Assembly: GCA_943788915.1 (NCBI GenBank)
Contig: CALSSD010000010.1
Span: 186,001 to 250,000, forward strand
Source: an uncultured Acidimicrobiales bacterium
Lineage (GTDB): Bacteria > Actinomycetota > Acidimicrobiia > Acidimicrobiales > UBA10347
Direction of reading: 5' to 3'
Length of the DNA stretch: 64,000 bases
Shown: piece after piece, positions 20,121 to 30,980 of the stretch
Layout of the letters: every line of letters starts with the position of its first letter
Position numbering within the stretch: position 1 is the stretch's first letter
Translations under genes and position numbers: made by a program
Notes under the pieces: generated by a model
Database searches by the model: none
The model's input: the letters and a program-made list of their open reading frames with translations, nothing else
Told to the model about the DNA's origin: nothing

Positions 20121-21529
20121 ATGGCTGTTCCCACTGGACCTACTGCGGCGTTTCAAATCCAAATGCGAGTGCGCCTTCGCAACGTGCCCGGCGTCCTTGG
20201 CGCGCTTAGCCACGGTGATCGGCGACGCCGGCGGCAATATCGCGGTTGTCGAAGGCTTCGAGGCCAAAGGCGCCACCCTCGAGCGCAGCATTTGCGTTAA
20301 CGCCCGGGACGAAGACCATCAGGTGCGTATCGTCAAAGCCGTCGAGAGCCTCGAGAACGTCGAACTGCTCGATTGGTTCGACCGTACGTTCCGCATGCAC
20401 GAGGGCGGCAAAATCGAGACGCTGGCGTTGTGCTCGGTCGGAGACCGAGATGACCTGTCGATGGCCTACACCCCAGGCGTTGCTCGGGTCTGCATGGCAA
20501 TCCATCACGACGTGGCAAAGTCGCACGAGCTGACCATCCGCAAGAACACCGTCGCCATCGTGAGTGACGGCACTGCGGTGCTCGGGTTAGGCAACATCGG
20601 CCCCGAAGCCGCAATGCCTGTCATGGAAGGCAAGGCGCTGTTGTTCAAAGAATTCGCGGGCGTCGACGCGTTTCCCTTGTGCCTGAACACGACTGACACC
20701 GAAGAAATTATTGAAACCGTCCAGCGCATTGCTCCGAGCTTTGGCGGCATCAACCTCGAAGACATCGCTGCGCCAGCGTGTTTCGAAATTGAGGAACGAC
20801 TGAAGGAACTGCTCGACATCCCGGTCTTCCATGACGATCAGCACGGCACCGCAGTGGTGGCACTTGCGGCACTATGGAACTCACTGAAGATCGTTGACAA
20901 AAACATGGAGGATATCTCTGTGGTGATCTCGGGAATTGGCGCCGCAGGTGTAGCGATCGGCAAGATCCTGTTGAGCGCTGGGGGTTGGCGAAGTCATCGG
21001 CGTCGATTCGACTGGCGCCATCTACAAGGGCCGTGACCGGTTGAACCCAGTGAAAGAATGGTTCGCTGCAAACACCAACGGAGATCGCCGGGCCGGCAGT
21101 CTCCAAGATGTCATTGCGGGCACAGATGTGTTTATGGGTGTTAGCGCACCCGACGTGTTGACTGCTGCCGATCTTCGCAACATGGCAAAGGATCCGATCA
21201 TCTTCGCCATGGCCAACCCGAACCCCGAGATCACGCCCGAGGCCGCCGATGGTCTCGCCGCAGTGATGGCAACCGGGCGAAGCGACTACCCCAATCAGAT
21301 CAATAACGTGCTGGCATTCCCTGGAATCTTTCGAGGGGCATTCGATGCATGCGCAACCGACATCACCGAATCGATGAAGCTTGCCGCAGCCGAGAACATC
21401 GCAGCCGTTGTTGGCGACGAACTCGCCCCTGACCACGTCATCCCGTCGGTCTTCGACCCCCGGGTTATCGAACGAGTCGCACCAGCCGTCGCCGCAGCAG
21501 CCATCGCCGAAGGCGTCGTCCGCGGCTAG
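20121..21529 (+). CDS. NAD(P)-dependent malic enzyme with N-terminal ACT domain; two apparent +1 frameshifts (~20201, ~20982)
   Basis: [64 protein letters not shown] spread over three frames. Confidence 0.9.
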
Positions 21530-21615
21530 TCCGCCTTTCGGCCAGGAACGAATCGAAACGCGGACTCCCAGAAAGTACCCGCGGTTCGCTCCGAGCGGCG
21601 AATACGCTGCCCGGC

Positions 21616-23228
21616 ATGATTCGTGACCAGTTGACCGAAGCGCTCGCGGGCGCACTTACCGCCGTTGGTGTTGAGGTAGATGCCGGCTCGATAGAGCTCG
21701 AGCGGCCAGCCCGCCGCGAACACGGTGACTGGTCCTCCAACGTTGCTATGGCCAATTGGAAACCCGCCGGGCGCAGTAACCCTCGTGCCTTTGCCGGCGA
21801 GATTACTGATCGTCTCAACGCAAACCTGCCAGCCCATGTTGAAGCGGTCGAGATCGCTGGGCCGGGCTTCGTCAATTTCCGATTGTTTGACACCTGGCTG
21901 CACGACGTCCTCAACGATGCGGTCAGACTCTGGCGAAGACACGTTTGGGCGCCACGCCTTTGGCAGCGGGACACACATCAACGTCGAGTTTGTGAGTGCG
22001 AACCCAAACAAGCCGCTGCATGCAGGCCATGCCCGAGGCGCCGTCTACGGCGACTCTGTCGCCCGGCTACTCAAAGCCGTTGGTTACCAGGTCACCACCG
22101 AGTTCTACCTGAACGACCGGGGCGTGCAGATGAGCCTGTTCGCCGAATCGCTTGCAGCCCGTAAACGTGGCGACGACGTGCCAGAAAACGGCTACCACGG
22201 TGAGTACCTGATCGACTGGGCCGCCGAGATGCCCGACGATGCTGACCCGCTCGAGTGGGGGTATGCCCGAGCGCTCCAGAGTCACAAGGAAACATTGGCC
22301 AGGGTCAGTGTGCATCACGACGTCTGGTTCTCTGAGCGGTCGTTGGTTGCCGACGGACAGGTCCCCAATGCTCTCGCCGAACTCCAGGCAAGTGGCATGG
22401 TCTACGAAGCCGACGGCGCTACCTGGCTCAAGACCACCGAGGCAGGCGATGACAAGGACCGGGTCCTGATCAAGGCCGACGGTGACTACACCTATCTGAC
22501 GCCCGACATCGCCTACCACCGAGACAAGTTCAGCCGGGCCGACCGGCTGATCAATGTGTGGGGGGCAGATCACCACGGCTACATCCGTCGGATGAAGGCT
22601 GCGATGGCATTTCTGGGCAACGACCCCGACGCACTCGAGGTTATTGTCACCCAACTGGTGTCGCTCGAACGCGACGGTGTCGAAGTGCAGATGTCTGGCC
22701 GACTAGGCGACATGGTCTCGCTCGACGAAGTCATCGACGAGGTCGGCCCGGACGCGGCCCGGTACACCTTCTCTGACCCAGTCCATGGACACCAAACAGA
22801 AGGTCGACCTGAGCGCACTTGCTACCAAGAGCATGGAGAACCCGGTGCACTATGTGCAGTACGCAACTGCACGTATCGACTCGCTCGCCAAGAACGCTGA
22901 AGCGGCAGCTGGGCATGCCCGGGGGCCACTCGCCGCCGCGGAGCTCGCCACGCTCACCACCGAACGTGAACTCGAGGTGCTTCGAGTCCTCAGTACCTTC
23001 AGCGATATCGTCGCTATCGCGGCCAGGGAACGGGCGCCACACAAGATCACCACCTGGCTGCGCGAACTCGCCGCAGCATTTCACGGTTTCTACGCAGATT
23101 GTTATGTCGTAGGTGATGGTGTGAGCCCCGAACTCACACAGGCTCGGCTGTGGCTTATCGAAGCGGCTCGGATCGGCTTGACCGGCGGGCTCGATCTGGT
23201 TGGTGTGTCGGCACCTCAGGAAATGTGA
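21616..23228 (+). CDS. argS: Arginine--tRNA ligase; two apparent +1 frameshifts (~21925, ~22772)
   Basis: [62 protein letters not shown]. Confidence 0.93.
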
Positions 23229-24517
23229 TGGCGCCAGCATCGGCAACAGGGCCCGTCCCCCGTCATCTACTCCCGGACAACACCGAGATTTCTCCTGAAG
23301 GGCGCATGAGCGTCGGCGGTGTCGACCTCGTCGAACTCGCTGCCGAGTTTGGCACCCCGCTCTTTGTGTACGACGAGGAGCATCTTCGCTCCCGGTGTCG
23401 CGAAGCAGTCCAGGTCTTTGGCCCGGGGGTTGCCTATGCAACCAAGGCGTTTCTGTGTGTGGCTATGGCCAAGCTCGCCCACGAGGAAGGCATGCACCTC
23501 GACGTTGCGACACTGGGCGAGCTTCATGTGGCTCGGGCGGCCGGAGTCCCGCCGAGTGACCTGGTATTTCACGGCAACAACAAGTCGGGTGCCGAACTTC
23601 TTGCCGCGATGCAAGCGGGTGTAGGGCGCATCGTCATCGACAGCTTCGACGAGATTGCTCGGATCGAAGCCATCCACGCAGACACCGGGCTGATCGCTCG
23701 GGCGCTTCTGCGCATCACTCCTGGTGTCGAAGCACACACGCACGAGTTCATCGCAACCGGCCAGGATGATTCCAAATTCGGTTTTACCGTGTCGACGGGA
23801 CTAGCTGACAAGGCTATTCAGCAAGCGTCGACCTCGCCGGCGATCGAGTTGCTTGGCATCCACGCTCACATTGGGTCACAGGTCTTTCGCATCGATTCGA
23901 TGCGTCAATCCGCTGCCGTGCTCGCCGAGATTTCTCAGCGCTTCAATCTGCCTGAACTGTCGGTCGGTGGCGGCTTGGGCGTCGCGTATGTCGGTAGCGA
24001 AGAAGCCCCGACGATCTCCCAGTGGGGACGTTCCGTGCTCGAGGCGACAGGCGACGCTGGCATCGACGCGACCGTGTTGGCCGAACCTGGCAGGTCCATT
24101 GTGGCCACGGCGGGTATGACCATCTACCAGGTGGGCACGATCAAAGAGCTCGAAGATATCCGCACCTATGTCGCCGTCGATGGTGGCATGAGCGATAACC
24201 CTCGGCCAGTTCTGTACGGCAGCGGCTACGAAACCTTCGTACCTGACCGCGCCGATGCTGATCGGCCCGAACAGATTCGTCTCGTCGGCAAACACTGTGA
24301 GTCCGGCGACATCATCATCCGTGAAGCCAGCGTGCCTGCGGATCTTGCGGTCGACGATTTTCTCGTGACTCCGGTCACTGGCGCCTACGGACATTCCCTC
24401 GCTTCGAACTACAACAAGGTCACCCGGCCAGCTGTTGTGTTCGTCAGCCACGGCAACGCCCGTCTCGTCGTCCGCCGCGAAACCCTCGACGATCTCACCC
24501 GCCTCGACATCCTCTGA
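23228..24517 (+). CDS. lysA: Diaminopimelate decarboxylase
   Basis: FGTPLFVYDE, YATKAF, HGNNKS, SKFG, HAHIGSQ, EPGRS, GKHCESGD, TGAYG. Confidence 0.95.
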   Translation: MAPASATGPVPRHLLPDNTEISPEGRMSVGGVDLVELAAEFGTPLFVYDEEHLRSRCREAVQVFGPGVAYATKAFLCVAMAKLAHEEGMHLDVATLGELHVARAAGVPPSDLVFHGNNKSGAELLAAMQAGVGRIVIDSFDEIARIEAIHADTGLIARALLRITPGVEAHTHEFIATGQDDSKFGFTVSTGLADKAIQQASTSPAIELLGIHAHIGSQVFRIDSMRQSAAVLAEISQRFNLPELSVGGGLGVAYVGSEEAPTISQWGRSVLEATGDAGIDATVLAEPGRSIVATAGMTIYQVGTIKELEDIRTYVAVDGGMSDNPRPVLYGSGYETFVPDRADADRPEQIRLVGKHCESGDIIIREASVPADLAVDDFLVTPVTGAYGHSLASNYNKVTRPAVVFVSHGNARLVVRRETLDDLTRLDIL

Positions 24518-24522
24518 CGCAA

Positions 24523-24565
24523 ATTTGGAGCACTACCCGCGATGCCTGCGGGGAACCCTGCAAAT
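24523..24565. repeat. 43-bp imperfect palindrome (ATTTG...CAAAT)
   Basis: CAAATTTG at both ends with inner CCCGC/GCGGG stem, just after the lysA stop. Confidence 0.6.
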
Positions 24566-24618
24566 TTGGGTCGGCAAGTCGGGGATCAGCGGGGGAGTGA
24601 CTCGCTAGTCTCGTGTCC

Positions 24619-25911
24619 ATGGAAATGCAGTCGGTGCGTATTGGGCTTCTTGGCTTTGGGAACGTTGGTGGTTCTCTGGTTGGACTGATCAACGAACAAC
24701 GAACTGACATTGCAGCACTGACCGGGATTGACCTGACCGTGACCAGGGTCGCGGTGAGCGATCTCAGCAAACCTCGCCCAGGTATCGGCGATGCGGTGCT
24801 CACCGATCGGGCGAGCGATGTTATTGATGCCGATGACGTCGACCTCGTTGTCGAACTCGTTGGCGCCGTCGAGCTCGCCCGAGAGTGGATTAGCCAGGCG
24901 CTCTGTGCGGGTAAGTCGGTGGTGACCGGTAACAAGGCGCTGCTGGCAGCTCACGGACGCGAGCTCTTCGATCTGGCCGCTGCAAACGACGCCGAGTTGT
25001 TGTTCGAAGCCTCGGTCGCTGGCGCCATCCCGCTCATGCGCACGCTGCAAAAGTCGCTGCGAGGTGAACCGATCGACCGCATCATGGGCATCGTTAACGG
25101 CACCACGAACTACATGCTTTCGGCCATGACCGAAGACGGCGCCGATTACGCCGAGATCCTGGCCGAAGCGCAACGGCTCGGTTATGCCGAGGCTGACCCG
25201 ACCGCGGATGTCGAGGGTTACGACGCGCAGGCCAAAGCCGCAATCATCGCCACTGTTGCGTTTGGTGTTGCCGTCACCGCTGCCGACGTACCGGTCGAAG
25301 GCATCAGCGGGGTGACAGCAACGGACATCGCCAATGCAAGCCGTCTCGGTTACGTCATCAAGCTGCTTGCCGTTGTCGAACGAGTCGGCGATACCGCGCC
25401 GTACGAGATTTCTGCTCGGGTCAACCCGACCATGGTCCCGCACAACCATCCGCTCGCAACGGTGCGGGGCAGCTTCAACGCAGTCTTCATCGAAGGTGGA
25501 GCGCTCGACGAGCTCATGCTCTACGGACGCGGCGCTGGCGGACGCCCTACTGCTTCGGCAGTCCTTGGCGACATCATCGAGGCTGCCTCCGGGATCGCAC
25601 ACGGGACAGTTCGCCGGCTTCCGGCGCTCGGTGATGCGCTGGTGCGTCCGCCCGAGGCGGCCACGTCGGCGTTCTACCTTGACCTCGCAGTCGATGACAG
25701 CCCTGGCGTTCTGGCTGAAGTAGCTGGCGTGTTCGGGGCCAACGGCGTGTCGATCAAGTCGATGGAACAAGAAGGCACGGGAACAGAAGCATCGTTGGCC
25801 TTCATCACCCACCAGGCGTCCGAGGCCGACATGGCGGCGACCATCGAGAAACTCACGTCTCTGTCGTCGGTCAACCGGGTTGGTGCGCTCTACCGCGTTA
25901 TCGGCGCATGA
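24619..25911 (+). CDS. hom: Homoserine dehydrogenase with ACT domain
   Basis: GLLGFGNVG, VVTGNKALLA, FEASVAGAIP, GIVNGTTNY, YAEADPTADVEG, GRGAGG. Confidence 0.95.
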   Translation: MEMQSVRIGLLGFGNVGGSLVGLINEQRTDIAALTGIDLTVTRVAVSDLSKPRPGIGDAVLTDRASDVIDADDVDLVVELVGAVELAREWISQALCAGKSVVTGNKALLAAHGRELFDLAAANDAELLFEASVAGAIPLMRTLQKSLRGEPIDRIMGIVNGTTNYMLSAMTEDGADYAEILAEAQRLGYAEADPTADVEGYDAQAKAAIIATVAFGVAVTAADVPVEGISGVTATDIANASRLGYVIKLLAVVERVGDTAPYEISARVNPTMVPHNHPLATVRGSFNAVFIEGGALDELMLYGRGAGGRPTASAVLGDIIEAASGIAHGTVRRLPALGDALVRPPEAATSAFYLDLAVDDSPGVLAEVAGVFGANGVSIKSMEQEGTGTEASLAFITHQASEADMAATIEKLTSLSSVNRVGALYRVIGA

Positions 25912-27299
25912 GCAGCATGAACTACATCAGCACCAGAGGCGCAGCGCCGGCGTTGAACTTCGGCGATGTCTTGTTGACCGGGCTGGCAAACGATGGTGGG
26001 TTGTATCTCCCCGAGAGCTGGCCACAATCGGTTGCTACAGCCCGAACCGACACCTACGTGAACACCGCAGTGGATGTCATGTGGCCGTTCGTCGAAGGGG
26101 TTATTGACCGAGCTGACTTTGAAACCATCGTTGCTGACACTTACGCCACATTTGAAACCGACAATGTGGTCGAACTCGTCGAAATTGATCCCAACGTGTG
26201 GTTGCTGGAGCTCTTCCATGGCCCGACATTGGCGTTCAAAGACGTTGCCCTTCAGCTGGTAGGCCGTCTGTTTGACTATGAGTTGAGCCGACGTAATGAA
26301 CGCATCACCATCGTGGGTGCCACGTCAGGTGACACCGGGTCCGCAGCCATCGAGGCATGCCGAGACCGCGATGCCATCGACATCTTCATTCTTCACCCCC
26401 ACGGCCGGGTCAGCGACGTGCAACGCCGCCAGATGACAACTGTCGAGTCAGCGAACGTGCACAACGTGGCCATCGAAGGCACCTTCGACGATTGCCAGGA
26501 CCTGGTCAAGGCCATGTTTGCCGACGCCTCATTTCGCGACGAGGTACGACTCGGTGCAGTGAATTCGATCAACTGGGCCCGGGTGATGGCTCAAATCGTC
26601 TATTACGTTGTCGCTTCCTCCCGGGTTGCGTCGGTATCAACGCCTGTTTCGTTCACCGTGCCGACCGGCAATTTTGGCAATGTGTTTGCCGGGTGGTCGG
26701 CCCGCAGCATGGGTCTGCCAATTGACCGGTTCTGTGTTGCGAGTAATAGCAACGACATTCTGGCCCGGCTGTTCCAAACCGGCACCATGGAGATCCTCGA
26801 CGTCGTCCCCACGCTGTCGCCCAGCATGGATATTCAGATCTCGAGCAATCTCGAACGGTTGTTGTTCGAGACACACGGCCGAGATGGTCACCGTATTGCC
26901 GAGGCCATGGCTGAGTTCCGCGACACAGGTGCGCTGACACTCGACCCTCCTCACCGTGAGTTGCTCGCAGAACTCTGGACCGGCGTGCGGGTAGATGACA
27001 ATGCCCCGGGGGGTGTCGTCGACACCATTGCCGAGATCTATGAGCGCCACGGGATGCTGCTCGACCCACACAGCGCTGTTGGTGTCAGTGCAGCCCGCAC
27101 GCTCGGTTCCAACGGGTCGCCAATGGTCTGTCTGGCCACGGCGCACCCGGCCAAGTTCCCAGACGCGGTCGAGAAGGGCACGGGCCGACGGCCAGCGCTC
27201 CCTGAACGGGTTGGTGATCTCTTTGACCGAGAGGAACGTTTCGACGTGCTTCCGAACGACCTAGCGACCGTGCAAGCCCACGTTCGCGCCAATCGCTAG
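25908..27299 (+). CDS. thrC: Threonine synthase (long ~460 aa class)
   Basis: YISTRG, ELFHGPTLAFKD, ATSGDTG, NSINWAR, VPTGNFGN, SPSMDIQISSN, TAHPAKF. Confidence 0.95.
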   Translation: MSSMNYISTRGAAPALNFGDVLLTGLANDGGLYLPESWPQSVATARTDTYVNTAVDVMWPFVEGVIDRADFETIVADTYATFETDNVVELVEIDPNVWLLELFHGPTLAFKDVALQLVGRLFDYELSRRNERITIVGATSGDTGSAAIEACRDRDAIDIFILHPHGRVSDVQRRQMTTVESANVHNVAIEGTFDDCQDLVKAMFADASFRDEVRLGAVNSINWARVMAQIVYYVVASSRVASVSTPVSFTVPTGNFGNVFAGWSARSMGLPIDRFCVASNSNDILARLFQTGTMEILDVVPTLSPSMDIQISSNLERLLFETHGRDGHRIAEAMAEFRDTGALTLDPPHRELLAELWTGVRVDDNAPGGVVDTIAEIYERHGMLLDPHSAVGVSAARTLGSNGSPMVCLATAHPAKFPDAVEKGTGRRPALPERVGDLFDREERFDVLPNDLATVQAHVRANR

Positions 27300-27730
27300 T
27301 GGCCAGGCCGGTTGCGTTTCGTAGCGCGGGCGTCGAGGATGTCGACGCGATTCTCACGTTGTGGCAATTGGGTGGCGTCGATCACGACGAGGTAGGGGAC
27401 CGCTTCGAGATTGTGACCAAGCTCGATTACGACGGCGATCTGTTCGTGGTGGCTGCCCGTGACGACAAGGTCGTTGCGTCGGTCATGGGCACCTACGACG
27501 GTCATCGCGGGCGCATTAAGCGGTGTGTCGTCGACCCGGCCGAACAGCGGAGTGGCGTTGGTCGCCAGGTGGTAGCGGAACTTGAGCGCCGGTTTATTGC
27601 CCGAGGGATCACCGAATTACGGCTCGAGGTATGGGCTGACAACATTGGCGCCCAAACGTTCTGGTCCACGATGGGCTGGGAACACCTCGAAGACATCCGC
27701 TACTACACGCGCAGTTTGCGAACGGATTAG
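27299..27730 (+). CDS. GNAT acetyltransferase (YpeA-like)
   Basis: VMGTYDGHRG; VDPAEQRSGVG acetyl-CoA binding motif. Confidence 0.8.
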   Translation: MARPVAFRSAGVEDVDAILTLWQLGGVDHDEVGDRFEIVTKLDYDGDLFVVAARDDKVVASVMGTYDGHRGRIKRCVVDPAEQRSGVGRQVVAELERRFIARGITELRLEVWADNIGAQTFWSTMGWEHLEDIRYYTRSLRTD

Positions 27731-27809
27731 CAATCGTGGGAGGCCGGTGCGATGTAGTGGGGCGAGGTAGTGGTGTGGCGGCCGCCGGTCACCGCCTTAT
27801 CCTCATTCC

Positions 27810-28415
27810 GTGACCGACCAGCAGCGAGTTATCTGTCTTGATGTCGAGGGCGTACTCATGCCCGAAGTGTGGATCCAGCTGGCTGAGCTGACTGGGATCG
27901 ATGAGCTTCGGCGTACGACTCGGGATGAGCCTGATTACGACGTGCTCATGACCTATCGACTCGGGATTTTGACAGAGCATGATCTGACGATGTCCACGGT
28001 TGCCGAAGTGCTGGCCGAGATCAAGCCGCTTGACGGAGCGCCTGATTTTCTCGACGAGCTCCGCAGTCGCCATCAGGTGCTGCTGCTCAGCGATACGTTC
28101 GAGCAGTACGCCGGTGCGATGATGCCTCACTTGGGCATGCCTACGATCTTCTGTCATCGTTTGATCGTCGAGAATGACCGCATCGTGAACTACGAGCTAC
28201 GGATTCCCGACCACAAACGCCGCACCGTCGAGGCCATGCAAGGTCTGAACTTCCACGTGACCGCAGGTGGCGACTCGTTTAACGACTTGTCAATGCTCAA
28301 TGCCGCCGATGCTGCCAGCTTGTTTCACGCACCGCAGCAGATCATCGACGACAATCCGCACTTGGCGTCGTTCCAGGAGTTCGGCGACTTCCTCGCCTGG
28401 ATCGACGCCCTCTAA
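27810..28415 (+). CDS. thrH: Bifunctional phosphoserine phosphatase/homoserine phosphotransferase (HAD)
   Basis: CLDVEGVL.PEVW, TTRDEPDYDVLM, LSDTF, GDSFNDLSML, closely matching Pseudomonas-type ThrH. Confidence 0.9.
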   Translation: MTDQQRVICLDVEGVLMPEVWIQLAELTGIDELRRTTRDEPDYDVLMTYRLGILTEHDLTMSTVAEVLAEIKPLDGAPDFLDELRSRHQVLLLSDTFEQYAGAMMPHLGMPTIFCHRLIVENDRIVNYELRIPDHKRRTVEAMQGLNFHVTAGGDSFNDLSMLNAADAASLFHAPQQIIDDNPHLASFQEFGDFLAWIDAL

Positions 28416-28451
28416 CCATCGACCATCTCAGGAGGAACATATCGGTGCGAC

Positions 28452-28586
28452 TGATAGCGTTCCCGCCAGGTGGCTCGCCACCGAAGTTTTTTCGCAAACG
28501 GGCGTTTCGCCCCGTCTCCCGCCCTTCGCCTCAGCCCATGTAAGGCATCGAGATCGAGTGGCATCACACCTCACCAGGAGTTACCC
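28452..28586 (+). promoter_or_regulatory. rho promoter (extended -10 TGnTAGCGT) and C-rich leader
   Basis: TGATAGCGT at 28452-28460; CCCGTCTCCCGCCCTTCGCCTCAGCCC tract; AGGAG RBS. Confidence 0.4.
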
Positions 28587-30398
<1,812 letters not shown>

Positions 30399-30481
30399 CA
30401 GACACGCCAGTGTGATGTCACAGCGGTTTGCCTGACGTTGGCCCCGTCGGTGCTCGGGCACCGCAGCAGTCGATCAACGAT

Positions 30482-30523
30482 TCTTGGTTCGCCGCGTTCT
30501 TCGATCAGGGCGCCCAGCCAAAA
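30482..30523. repeat. 42-bp imperfect palindrome (degenerate family member)
   Basis: CGATTCTTGGTT/AGCCAAAATCG arms downstream of rho. Confidence 0.45.
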
Positions 30524-30831
30524 TCGGGCTGAGCGCGGTGTCTGGTCGTGGCGCCAAGGCCAGACCCTTTGCGAGACTTATCCGACGGCTGCGATGCCAC
30601 CGATTGCCCGCGGACAGACTCGGCATCCACCGAGCAGGCGCAATCTCAAGAATTTGTCGTTGCCACCGTAACGGAGCGCCATGGGCCACCGACATCTTGT
30701 TGTCGCCCTGCGTGCCATCGCCTGCAAAGCGTCACGCCCAGATGTGGGCTTCGAAGCTCGACATCCGAACGGTCTCGAGAACCTGACACAAGAGCAGAAC
30801 AAACACAATAAAACAAAGGCGCTCGGCCGCG

Positions 30832-30930
30832 TTGTTAAACCCTCAAGGAGCCCTTTAGACTGTTTGAGCCTTGTTTACGACGCGTCAAAGAGTGTCTATT
30901 TCTCTTTCGCGCGTCTCTTCATGAGCTCCT
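30832..30930 (+). promoter_or_regulatory. Putative rpoB promoter and structured 5' leader
   Basis: TTGTTA-18-TAGACT; hairpin GACGCG..AAAGAG/CTCTTT..CGCGTC at 30879-30915. Confidence 0.45.
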
Positions 30931-30980
30931 TTTCCTTCCTGGCATCGTTCTCGATGCGTCCCCACTACTAGGAGTTACAC

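Noticed and set aside
20121..23228. Programmed frameshifting or true pseudogenes in malic enzyme and argS
   Set aside because: No common slippery motif, all are +1 insertions in a local cluster, and argS is essential; artefact is more parsimonious.
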